NCBI RefSeq assembly: GCF_027921745.1
Contig: NC_079239.1
Coordinates: 744,001-808,000, forward strand
Source: Schizosaccharomyces osmophilus
Lineage: Eukaryota
Reading direction: 5' to 3'
Length of the DNA stretch: 64,000 bases
Numbering within the stretch: the stretch's first letter is position 1; each line of letters starts with the position of its first letter. Shown piece after piece: positions 35,964 to 47,106 of the stretch. The notes below the pieces were generated by a model that did not search any database, was not told the DNA's origin, and saw nothing but the letters and a program-made list of their open reading frames with translations. The position numbers were made by a program, and so were the translations under genes.

Positions 35964-36929
35964 TCTATTTTATCCGTCGTATTCGACACATTATTTTCAC
36001 CTTGTGTTTTCCCTTTTTGATACTTGATTCATGACGTCGTCTTTTTATTGGCTTGGTATTGTTTCTTTGCTCTTCATGAATTCTTATGATACTGATACGT
36101 TGGCTTTATTCTCTAATCCATTAGAATTGCTAGTCGGATCCTTATATTTTTATTTTTATTGTTTTTCCGTTCTTATGGTGTTTCAGCTTGATGCTTCTGA
36201 TGGATAATAGATAGTTCGCGTCGTAAATTCCGTTTCTTTAATGCTTTCACATACATACATAAATTTTATGTCTAATATCAACTCTTCTATTTTTGTCAAA
36301 CCCGGTGAAATCTTCGATCGTACAGTACTATGATCAGTTAAGCTGCTCGTAAATTATTTTATCATCCTTGCCGTTCTTACTCTGTATAATAACTTATGAA
36401 AGAATATACAACCTGAAAAGCGACAATACTTAGTCCAGAACAACCATTCCCCTGCTGGAGTAATACAAATCCTTGGAGCAACTTTTGTTTTCATCTTTAC
36501 TTTCGCACAGATTTCTATCGAACCGAAAGTTGAAAGTTAAGAAGGGGGATTCCCTAGAAAGTAATCCTTTGAAAAGAAAGAATGAATGTCACTAAACCGT
36601 TTTCCTGGTACTATAAACAGTTTATGTAAATCGAATAAACCCATCTTTACCAAAATTACAAGCAATCTACTTCTTTATAATCTTTAAACCAACAAATCAT
36701 TGTTGACACTTTCCTTACATGGCAAAAACCTTTTCAAATTGCCTCAGTCCTGGATCTTGTTCAAGATATCGACCAGTGTTTACCTCGATCTTGTTAACGA
36801 GGTATAATGATTGATGTCAGATACCGAAATGTAACGACGATCAGAAGGAGGTTTGCCTTCGACGCTGCCTCTTCCTGTATAAAAAAAAAATCCTCCGAAA
36901 ACCAACAACTCCGAGTTGGAAATTTAGAA

Positions 36930-38526
36930 ATGTCAAGCCATATAACTTATTTGTCTACTCGTGGTGGATCTTCAAACTTCTCTTTTGAGGATGCTGTGGT
37001 ATGTTAGAATGAATACTCATATTTAGTTTTGCTCAATTTCTAACGAATGGTACTAGTTGAAGGGATTGGCCAGTGATGGCGGTTTGTTTATTCCAGACGA
37101 AATTCCTCAGTTTCCTAAGAATTGGGTCGAGGATTGGAAGAACAAGAGCTTTCCAGAAGTTGCTTTCGAAATTATGTCCTTATACGTTCCTCGGGAAGAG
37201 ATACCCGCTGATGCCTTGAAGGACATAATCAATCGCTCTTATTCTACCTTCCGTCATCCTGAGACTACACCAATCAAGAATTTGAAAAATGGCCTTGATG
37301 TTCTTGAACTTTTTCACGGTCCAACCTTTGCTTTCAAGGATGTTGCCTTGCAATTTCTTGGTAACCTTTTTGAATTCTTTTTGACTCGTAAGAATGGTGA
37401 CAAGCCCTTAGAGGAACGTGACCATCTTACTGTTGTTGGTGCCACTTCTGGTGATACTGGAAGTGCTGCCATCTATGGTCTTCGTGGAAAGAAGGATGTT
37501 TCCGTTTTCATCTTATTCCCTAAGGGACGCATTTCTCCTATTCAGGAGGCTCAGATGACTAGTGTGTTGGATAAGAATGTCCACAACGTCATTGTAGACG
37601 GTGTCTTCGATGACTGCCAGGATATCGTCAAGCAAGTATTTGGTGATGTTGAATTCAACAAAAAGCATCACATTGGTGCCGTGAATTCGATCAATTGGGC
37701 CCGTATCCTTTCTCAAATTACTTACTACGTCTATGCTTATCTTTTGACTGTCAAGGCTGGTAAGGCTGACCACGTTCGCTTCGTTGTTCCTACCGGTAAT
37801 TTCGGCGATATTTTGGCTGGTTACTATGCCAAGCGTATGGGTGTTCCTGCTGACAAGCTTGTTATCGCTACTAATGAGAACGATATCCTCAACCGTTTCT
37901 TCAAGTCCGGTCGTTACGAAAAGGTTGACTCTAGCGTAGCTCCAGCTAATTCTTCTGCGTCTGCCAAGGAAACCTATTCACCTGCCATGGATATCTTGGT
38001 TTCTTCAAATTTTGAACGTTATTTGTGGTATTTGGCATTGACTTGCGAAGCTCCTAACCATACCCATGCTGAGGCCTCTGACATTTTGGCTAAGTGGATG
38101 TCAGAATTCAAACAAAATGGCTCTGTTGCTGTTCGTCCCGAAGTTTTGGAGACTGCTCGTCGTGATTTCATCAGTGAGCGTGTCAGTAACGATGAAACCA
38201 TTGCTTCCATCAAGAATATTTACGACACCGAGCAGTATGTCGTTGACCCCCATACAGCCGTTGGTGTTGAAACTGGCTTGCGTTGCCTAAAGACATCTCC
38301 TGATATTACCTATGTTTGTCTGTCCACAGCTCATCCTGCCAAATTTGATAACGCTGTAAATCTCGCTCTCAAGTCTTTCCCTGGATACGATTTTAACACA
38401 CAAGTGTTACCTGCTGAATTCCACGGTCTTATGGATGCTGAACGTCGTTCCATTGAAGTTGGCAAACCAAATATTGAACGTCTTGAACAACTTATTGAAA
38501 CCACTCTTGATGAGGAAAAGAACTAA
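36930..38526 (+). CDS. thr4: Threonine synthase; intron 36999-37056
   Basis: YLSTRG, GLASDGGLF, ELFHGPTFAFKD (PLP lysine), GATSGDTG, NSINWARI, PTGNFG, TAHPAKF. Confidence 0.96.
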
Positions 38527-38904
38527 CCGTAAAGGTTACTAATTAACCCAAAATCAATTTACCTTAATTGCTAGAACGTTCTTTTTTGTCTTTATATGTT
38601 TATTTTTGTTAGTTTTGGTACCTCATGAAAAAATAAGATTATAGAGGATTGAGCATGATCCTTTTTAAAAAAAAGTATTACATAATTGAAGTTGAGTAAA
38701 AAGGGTATTATATTGTATGCTATCATGAAGCTTTAAAGCTTAAAAATGAGGATTATTATTTATGCTGTTTTAAACGAATATTATAAAAGTAATTAGTATT
38801 GAAGTCATCGATGTTTTGAATTCAAACCAAAATATATAGGACAATCAAATAAATAAGTTACCTTGATGTATCTTTTAACGCCCACCTGAAAAGACAAGAT
38901 CAAA

Positions 38905-39840
38905 TCAATCATCGACCACCTGAAAGCTGTACTGGTCTATTTGCTTATAGTACTGTCTCATGTCATCCATACGTTTTTGCTGTTCTTCGTCTAGCACTTG
39001 TTTTTTCTCAGAATCTTCATCACTAGAAGAGCCATCAGATGAATGCTTATCATTACGCTGTGGTTCGAGGTTTTCGTTATCCAATGTGAATGAAGAGTCT
39101 GACTGTCTATGAGTAACCTTTGTTCGCTTTGAAAGTTTCCACAGTAACTGTGATTCTTCAAATTCGGGTTCGGATTCAGATGCTGACGACGGAGGCGATG
39201 AGTTAGGAATAGAATGTAGAATGGAGAGATCTAAATCATCGTTTTCACGAGGAGAACGCTTCCTGAGACGCTTTTTGAGGTTCCCATGAGGGATAGGAAC
39301 AAAACGTTCCAACTGTCGAGTTGTCGCGTCTTTTGGGAACGAGGATCGAGAGGACAATCTGGAAGATGAAGGAGGATGCATGGAAGAAGTTGTAACAGAA
39401 GACAGTGGAATTGGAGAGGAGGGAGATGAAGAATAGTTAGGAGGAGACGAAGCAGGCAAAGGTACTTGCTTTGGTGAAGAGGCAGATAAAGGTAGAGGAT
39501 GCTTCGAATGAACGTTAAAGGAGGGATCTTCTACATTTTTCAAAAATTCACCTTCATTAACGACTGGTGGAGAGGAGGATAGAATTCTTTCAAAACTGTC
39601 TTGATACGGCGCGCAGAATTTTAATGCTTGATTTCCACTGCGTAAAGCAGAAGAATCTGATTCTAACGTTGAGCTTAAACGGATTCCTTTAACGGAATCA
39701 AATCCAAAAGGATCATTCTTGAACGAAATAGGACGAGGAACTTGTATGCCCAGCAATTGACGCGCATTTGGCTGTGTATTCGACGTGGACGGCTCCTCTT
39801 TCGAATTCAAGCGAGAAGCTCTTGAAGAATTATGTTCCAT
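38905..39840 (-). CDS. sor1: Sororin-like cohesion regulator
   Basis: Ser/Pro-rich disordered protein with an FGF motif (DPFGFD) and a C-terminal sororin-type helix MDDMRQYYKQIDQYSFQVVDD; position matches SPAC9E9.05 as recalled. Confidence 0.78.
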   Translation of the reverse strand: MEHNSSRASRLNSKEEPSTSNTQPNARQLLGIQVPRPISFKNDPFGFDSVKGIRLSSTLESDSSALRSGNQALKFCAPYQDSFERILSSSPPVVNEGEFLKNVEDPSFNVHSKHPLPLSASSPKQVPLPASSPPNYSSSPSSPIPLSSVTTSSMHPPSSSRLSSRSSFPKDATTRQLERFVPIPHGNLKKRLRKRSPRENDDLDLSILHSIPNSSPPSSASESEPEFEESQLLWKLSKRTKVTHRQSDSSFTLDNENLEPQRNDKHSSDGSSSDEDSEKKQVLDEEQQKRMDDMRQYYKQIDQYSFQVVDD

Positions 39841-39911
39841 AAACGAAATAATATACAAATATCTTTTGTAATCTTTATTACAGTATCATACTTAAGGGTC
39901 CTTCCAGGCCG

Positions 39912-39977
39912 ACGCGTTTTGGATTTTGCTGCTGTAGAAAAACAACTTCCTATTCTCTGGATATGTTACCTACGCGT
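39912..39977. promoter_or_regulatory. Two MCB elements (MBF/G1-S) upstream of sor1
   Basis: ACGCGT at 39912 and 39972, 70-140 nt upstream of the ATG. Confidence 0.6.
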
Positions 39978-40359
39978 TACCTTCTAGAAAGAATAATGCC
40001 AACTTGCTTTACGATGTTTATGCAGAGTACGGCTTCGTTTAGCCTTTTCAACTATAGTACATGTCTATTGATATAGGAAAAGAACAAAAGATGTCGCTTA
40101 TTGTCAATTTAAACATGATGAAAAATAGTGTAGATGAAAAACTTTATTCATTCAAATATGTAAATTGAAATTACAGCAACTTTAGAGCTTTTAGATAGAT
40201 CAAAGCAAAATATCAAGCTAAATGAATCAATCAAGTAGAAGAATATAGACAGAAGACCGACCAAGTAGAAAAGTTAAATTCCGACTAAATACGACTTCAG
40301 GCGAATAATTAAGTCTCATAAGAGACAAACGGAAGGAGTGAGTTAATTATGAAACCCAT

Positions 40360-41234
40360 TTAAATGTCTTTCTTTTTCTCCAAAGTCTTGGTAGCTTCAG
40401 CATACTTATCGGCCAAAGTGGCATACTCTTTGTCACGAGTTTCAAGTTTCGTGCGCAAAGTATCAGCTTCTTCTAAAGATTTAGAATCAGATTTGCCGGA
40501 TTTGACTTCAGTTTGAAGAGCTTCAAATTTCTCTTCTATAGCGATCAAGCTTTTGAGGGAAAGGTAGTAACGGTTGACGACCAAAGAAAGGAACAAAGCA
40601 GAACCACAGAGATACAAGTTTCTTTGAGCATAAAATTGGCCAGCCTTGAATCCAGTGCGGGCATTTTCAACAGAACCACCAGCTATACCAGACATTTCAA
40701 ATTCCGAGCTCATACGAATGACTCTACGAACAGAATCCGAGAACAAGATTAAAATACAAATGATCATAATCTACAAGCATATCCAGTTAGTACGAAATCG
40801 AAAAGAGAAGGAACACAGGGAAGTCTTCTTCCCTGTCAACAACCCAATTTTTTTTTTTTTTTTTTTTTTGTTTTCTGGCAATCCAGCATAACTAGCCAGC
40901 GGGTATCAAGCAACATCATTCCATATTCAGGTCCATCAATGGCTAATTGATTTACTTTTAAAAGAAATCTATTGTTCCAACTAATGGACCCGAAGTTCAA
41001 ACTCACTCACAGAAATGATGCATGCTTTGAATAACCAGCCTGCTTGTTTTTGGTTTCCCATCCCTCTGTCGTACTTACCTTCAAAGTATGTTCTATTTTA
41101 CCAGCAATAGGAGAGTGACTGACGGTGTTCAAGATAGCTTTTCTCACCTTCAATGGTAATGGCAAGCTAAGTATCACAAATGATACTACTTCTATCATCA
41201 GTAGAATAAAAACAATCATATAATAAATCGTCAT
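40360..41234 (-). CDS. BAP31/Yet-family ER membrane protein; long intron 40771-41078
   Basis: MTIYYMIVF..E..LSLPLP, ILFSDSVRR, FYAQRNLYLCG, coiled coil, C-terminal KKxx-type tail KKKDI. Confidence 0.92.
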
Positions 41235-41723
41235 TTTTGGCGATTTATTCTATTTGGCTTTGGTAAAGGATGACTGGAAATTTCTTCAAGATTTCCTAGC
41301 TCTCATATCCCATTACCTCATGACGTAAGCTTAACGAGAAATGAAAGGGCTCATAAAAATTCTTTAATAAAACATCAGATATGGATGATTCAGAGTCATT
41401 AAGACAGTTGGAATCACAAAAGCTCTTGGGTTCAGTTTCACAGTTGCACAGGTGCCTGGTAGGCCGGTGTTGGTAATGAATGAAAGTACAGTGCTTGACT
41501 AGGAATGCAATAGTTGAACAAAAAACCAAATTCGCATCTAGTAGTTGGCCTGTTGTTTCTTTTCAAAAGATCATTCTATTTGTATATATAGATTAAAATG
41601 GACCCTCTGTCATAGCATTAACCTGAACTTTATTAAATAAAGATTTCTAAATAAACAACAATTAAAAACATAGTGTAATCATCAAACAGAACCTCAATAT
41701 TTTTATTCTAAGTATTCAGCTTT

Positions 41724-43991
41724 TTACCAATCACTGCGACCAGCGGTAGACTGTTTAGGCCGGGAAGGACTAAGGCGAGCACGGCTACGCTTGATGTTCA
41801 TCCAGGGGAAATTCTCCTCTCTAGCAGCTTCAAAAGCGTCAATCTTTGCGGCTTTTTGCAAGGTTAGACCAATGTCATCAAGACCATTAACCAAACAATG
41901 CTTGCGGAAGGGCTCCACTTCAAATTTGATCTCCTTATCGTCATAGCGAATGACTTGGTTGAGCAAGTCAACAGTAAATTCCAACTCCTTTTCGGCAGCA
42001 GCCATCAATTCATCGACTTGCTCAACGGGCAAGGGAATAGGCAACATGCCGTTCTTGAAACAGTTGTTAAAAAAGATATCAGCAAAAGAAGGAGCAATGA
42101 CAACCCGAATGCCAAAATCATTCAAAGCCCAGGGGGCATGTTCACGCGAGCTACCACATCCAAAGTTTTCCTGTGCGACCAAAATGCTGGCGTTACGGTA
42201 GGGTTCACGGTTTAAGACAAATTCAGGCAATTCGTTACCGTCGGAATCATAGCGAAGATCGTAGAATGCAAACTTACCAAGACCGGTACGCTTGATTGTC
42301 TTCAAGAATTGCTTAGGAATGATTTTGTCTGTATCGACATTTGAAATAGGCAAAGGGGCAGAGACACCGGAAACTACGGTAAACTCAGGAATACCAGCGG
42401 TTGCGGCGCCAGGTCCACCAGCGACACTTGTAGTCATACCAGCGGAATCCGTAACAGCATCGGTGGCATCATCCACAGCAAGGGAAATAACACTACCGAA
42501 ATCATGAGAAGGATCATAATTTCTATTGGTGATGACGGTAGGGGATCCGGTGGTGGCATCGCCAAAGAATTCTCGAACATTGCAGAGATGTCCCTTAACG
42601 GCGGCAGCAGCAGCCATAGCGGGACTAACAAGATGAGTACGACCCTTGGCACCTTGACGGCCTTCAAAGTTACGATTAGAAGTGGAAGCACAACGTTCGT
42701 AGGGCTTCAATTGGTCAGGGTTCATACCGAGACACATGGAACAACCGGCTTCACGCCAGTCGAAACCAGATTCAATAAAGATTTGATCCAGACCCTCAGT
42801 TTCGGCCATTTTCTTAACCAAACCAGAGCCAGGAACAACCATAGCATGTTTGATGTTGCTAGCGACCTTGCGACCCTTGACAACAGCAGCGGCAAGACGC
42901 AAATCTTCAATACGTGAATTGGTACAGGAACCAATGAAGATTTTGTCCATGGGATAAGAAGCGATAGGAGTATCGGGCTCAAGGCCCATATATTCCAAAG
43001 AATGTTGGATAGATGCAGCGCGAACAGCGTCGTTGACCTTGAAAGGATTAGGAACGGTGCCGTTGACGGCGATTACATCTTGAGGAGAAGTACCCCAAGT
43101 AACGGTGGGCAAGATATCAGCAGCATTAATTTCGACTTCAATGTCATACTTCGCGCCCTTATCGGAGCCCAAAGTCTTCCAATAGGCGACGGCGTGTTCC
43201 CAATCGTCGCCCTTGGGAGCCAAGGGGCGGTTCTTGACATACTCAAAGGTAGTCTCGTCAGGAGCAATCATACCAGCACGGGCACCGGCTTCGATGGACA
43301 TGTTGCACATGGACATACGGGCTTCCATACTAAGAGCCTCGATGGCTTCACCGCAGAATTCGATGACGCAACCAGTACCACCGGCGGTACCGATCACACC
43401 GATAATATGCAACATTAAATCTTTGGAGGCAAGTCCTTCGGGGAGGGTACCGCTGACGTGAATACGCATATTCTTGCTCTTGCGCTGCAAGATGGTTTGA
43501 GTAGCCAAGACATGTTCGACTTCACTTGTACCGATACCAAAAGCCAAAGCACCAAAAGCGCCGTGGGTAGAAGTGTGGGAGTCACCACAAACCAAGGTGG
43601 TAGCAGGGAGGGTGAAACCTTGCTCGGGACCGATAACGTGAACGATACCTTGACGGCGATCGGTCATGCCAAAATAACTCAAGCCAAACTCCTTGATGTT
43701 GTGCTCTAAGGCCATGACTTGAATACGGGAGTCGGGTTGATGGATGAAGGATTCGAGGTCCTTCAAGTCCTTGCGGGAATCGGTGGGAATATTGTGGTCG
43801 ACGGTAGCCAAGGCCAATTCAGGACGACGGGCGTTTCTGCCAGCAGTGCGAAGGCCTTCAAAAGCCTGAGGCGAGGTTACCTCGTGGATTAAGTGACGGT
43901 CGATATAGAGCAAACAGGTGCCATCTTCTTGTTTGTCAACAACGTGGTTGTCGAAGACCTTGTCGTATAATGTTTTCGGGATAATATACAT
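41724..43991 (-). CDS. leu2: 3-isopropylmalate dehydratase (fused large and small subunits)
   Basis: [58 protein letters not shown]. Confidence 0.96.
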   Translation of the reverse strand: MYIIPKTLYDKVFDNHVVDKQEDGTCLLYIDRHLIHEVTSPQAFEGLRTAGRNARRPELALATVDHNIPTDSRKDLKDLESFIHQPDSRIQVMALEHNIKEFGLSYFGMTDRRQGIVHVIGPEQGFTLPATTLVCGDSHTSTHGAFGALAFGIGTSEVEHVLATQTILQRKSKNMRIHVSGTLPEGLASKDLMLHIIGVIGTAGGTGCVIEFCGEAIEALSMEARMSMCNMSIEAGARAGMIAPDETTFEYVKNRPLAPKGDDWEHAVAYWKTLGSDKGAKYDIEVEINAADILPTVTWGTSPQDVIAVNGTVPNPFKVNDAVRAASIQHSLEYMGLEPDTPIASYPMDKIFIGSCTNSRIEDLRLAAAVVKGRKVASNIKHAMVVPGSGLVKKMAETEGLDQIFIESGFDWREAGCSMCLGMNPDQLKPYERCASTSNRNFEGRQGAKGRTHLVSPAMAAAAAVKGHLCNVREFFGDATTGSPTVITNRNYDPSHDFGSVISLAVDDATDAVTDSAGMTTSVAGGPGAATAGIPEFTVVSGVSAPLPISNVDTDKIIPKQFLKTIKRTGLGKFAFYDLRYDSDGNELPEFVLNREPYRNASILVAQENFGCGSSREHAPWALNDFGIRVVIAPSFADIFFNNCFKNGMLPIPLPVEQVDELMAAAEKELEFTVDLLNQVIRYDDKEIKFEVEPFRKHCLVNGLDDIGLTLQKAAKIDAFEAAREENFPWMNIKRSRARLSPSRPKQSTAGRSDW

Positions 43992-46476
43992 ATTTCAAAA
44001 GTCTTATAACAGAGGGAAAAAACCAATAAATAAGCTCAGAAAGATCAGCACGAAGGATATGTGCGATTTAAAAAAAAAAAAAGAAAAAGAAAAGAAAGTG
44101 TTCAACAAATTTATCCTTTGGAATTAGAAAAGAAGCGTTCAACAAAATAAAACGCAAATTATATAAAAAAAAAGTTCAAAGATGAACGTTGATTACGTTG
44201 AATGGAAATATAGTCAATGGAACAAGGAACCCTCCGTTTAATAACAATCCCAAAAAAAAAAGCCCAAACCACTGCTTATATAAGGGCAAAAAAGTTATGG
44301 TGTTTGGTTGTTGACGACTTAGATGGGCGGCGATCTTGTGAAAAATAAGCAGTTGAATTGCAAGACAATTGATTGGCACTTGATAAGATCTAGTAGCGAT
44401 GGATTTACCGATGACTAATGGCGCCACCTAGGTGTTTGTAAGGGTGTGTAAGGAAGGGATAGGGAGGGAGTGGAAGGTTGCCAACGCCCGAGTTTGTTAT
44501 TTGTAATTAGTGTAGTTGAAAGAGAAAGGTTGGCTCGGGCTAAAGAGTTGTAGGGTGGTATGTACTGGGGAAATGTTTGAGCAAGTTCTTTGACAGCAAG
44601 CAACAAAGGAAAGATTTATATTCTTCGAAAAATACTTTTCAAAGTTACTTTTGATTAAAGAAATGATGAAAAGAAAAAATAAACAAAAGCAAATGGGAAG
44701 AACGATGAGAAACAACGATGTTGGTACCTGAACTTGAAACTAGGTAAAGCTTGGCGAGTCTATCCTTTGGCCAAGTAGCCAATCAACGTAGTTGAAGAAA
44801 CCTTGTTAATGGAGCGAGTCAAATAAGGTCAGACGATTGTGACCGAGGAAACCGGTTGAACAAGAGACAAAGAGCCACTAGAGGTAGGAGCATGGCATGG
44901 CATAAATTGTTGAAATTTAGATGAAATCAAGAGTTTTCTTTTATACTCGTTTCAACTTGAAGGATGAGGGAATGCATTCATTGTTTACAAAGGGATTGCA
45001 GGTCATCGAAAGATTCAAGCCAGACTCCCATGAAGTCATCCAGGGAATTCTGTAGGCTTGGCACATTGATGGAGAGGTAGCCTAGTGGTGGACTCTGTGG
45101 CAAAACAAGGTCACTTTTACAAGACAAAAGGCAAAAGACGAATTGCGGAAACGAGGACGGATGATGGAAGAAATGCAGGGGCCAACGGTAGCTCTAACTT
45201 TTTAAAGTGTTGGTTCATGATGAAATGGGACTTGGAACCATCTGAAGGAGTTGCTTGAAACCATAAAAAGGGCGGCAAAGAACAGGAAAAATGAATTTTT
45301 TTTCCTTTTTTCTATTTGTTATTTCCTATTTCCTATTTTAAGATACAATCAACCTCTACCTTTTTTGAAATCGCATTGCATTGTTGTTCTACCCCATCTC
45401 GCCAACAAGACTTCTCGTCGTTTGTTTCTATATTTAAGTGCCGACCGTTTCCCCACCAACGTTTTTCGTTTCTACGGTATCTTTAGTTTTCTTCTTTAAA
45501 TTTTTTATATTATTTCATTTCATTTTATTTCATTTTCATTTTCTATTTCTCTTTTTTATTTCCAATTTTTGGACTTTTGCTCTTCTGAAATCAACACTCC
45601 CTTCCTAACACTCTCGAGAAACTCTTTATTAATTTTACGTCTCCCGTCGTCCGCTAGTGCAATCGAGTTGTTACTTGGTCTTCCATCCATTGTTACCCGC
45701 TCAACCCAACCATCTAAACAGAGACCCTTCTGACAGATCTCAACGGACCCCTCTCTTCAAAGCGTCCGAGTTCACTGCACAGTGGTGCCTGTCAATCGCT
45801 CCACTTAGTCATCCACGTTAACGACCCTCTTCCAGGCTTGTCTAGTTCCTTGGAGTATCGCCACTAGCCCTCCCCCCCTTCTCCTCTTTCTAGCTCGTTA
45901 AACTTTGTCAAGGACAAAGTTCATCGAATCTCTATCTGGCTTCTTCAGTCTCGCGAATAGCTACTCTGAACCCCCTCTACTCGTCTGTGATTGGCTTACA
46001 TCCGGAACCTAGAGCGGTAAGGAGACTGTTCAAGCACTTTCTCCGACTAACCGTGGCGACATACTCGGTAGTAATTGGTTGGCCACCTCCTCGTCGTGAA
46101 AGCCACCAATCCTCTCATTGGCTGGCATATCATATTGCCTTTTTAATTGACAGCTTATTACCCGTACGTTCTGTCCTCTTTGAATTGTTACTTCGTCCTT
46201 TGTTACTCACCTCTTATTACGTAGGGCCTCCTGCCTCACCTTATCCACGCAACCGGCGGAGTACTTAAACGCTGGTTTCCCGCCTGCGGTCCCTCGTCCA
46301 ATTTCCCATTTCCCTACTACCTACCAGTACCATTGCTATTTGAAGGCTTTAGGAGGAGCCTTTCAACCGAAATCACGTTGGAATAAGCAATTGGCTTGAA
46401 AACCCGTTTTCTCCTCTTTACCTTTAGTTCTCTCCCATCACCCTTTTTCCCCCAATCCTATATTCCTCCAATCCTT

Positions 46477-46512
<36 letters not shown>

Positions 46513-46532
46513 GATATTTATATACACACACA
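46477..46532. repeat. (TA)n microsatellite with a short (CA) tail
   Basis: About 18 TA units with one TACA interruption, followed by TATACACACACA. Confidence 0.9.
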
Positions 46533-47106
46533 TTCCCGCCGAACGTTAGTTTTCTGGGAATTCGTCAATTGTTGATTGTGAATTGCCGATTGTGTGTTTT
46601 TCCCCGTAGCGATTCATTCTTATTTTTGATTGTTTCTGATTGTGTGTTAAAAGTCCTAGGTCTTTTAGATTTCTTTTCGGACTAGTGTTTTTTGTTTTTC
46701 TGTTTTCTTTTTTTCTTTTTTTGTTTGGTTTTCCTCTTTGGATTTTCAGATAGATCAGATTCCAATACCCGGTGTGGTTTTCGTTTCTCTTTTTTGGGTT
46801 TCTTTTTTGTTGCTGTTTTTTTGTGTCTTTTTGGTATTCTGACTTCGGTTTGGAATTTTTTGACTTGCAAGAAAAGTACAATCTATTTCTTGGTTCTTTT
46901 GTTTGTTGTGTGTTTTTTTTTCCGGGTGTGTGTTCTTTTCATCTTATTCTTACCCACGATACCTTGATCCATTGGGTTTCTTTTTCTTTGTATTTTCTTG
47001 GTGGTGAGTTTGTCTTTCTTTCGTGATCAAGAGTTTTCTTGATATCTCGAGTGGTTATTATTATTTTATTATTTTCTCTTTTCTGCTTTCTTAGTTTTTT
47101 TTCGCT

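Noticed and set aside
41898..43709. Series of + strand ORFs opposite leu2
   Set aside because: Antisense shadows of a codon-biased CDS
46546..47026. Phe-rich and Lys-rich ORFs upstream of sfp1
   Set aside because: Low-complexity translations of a U-rich leader, mostly with non-ATG starts
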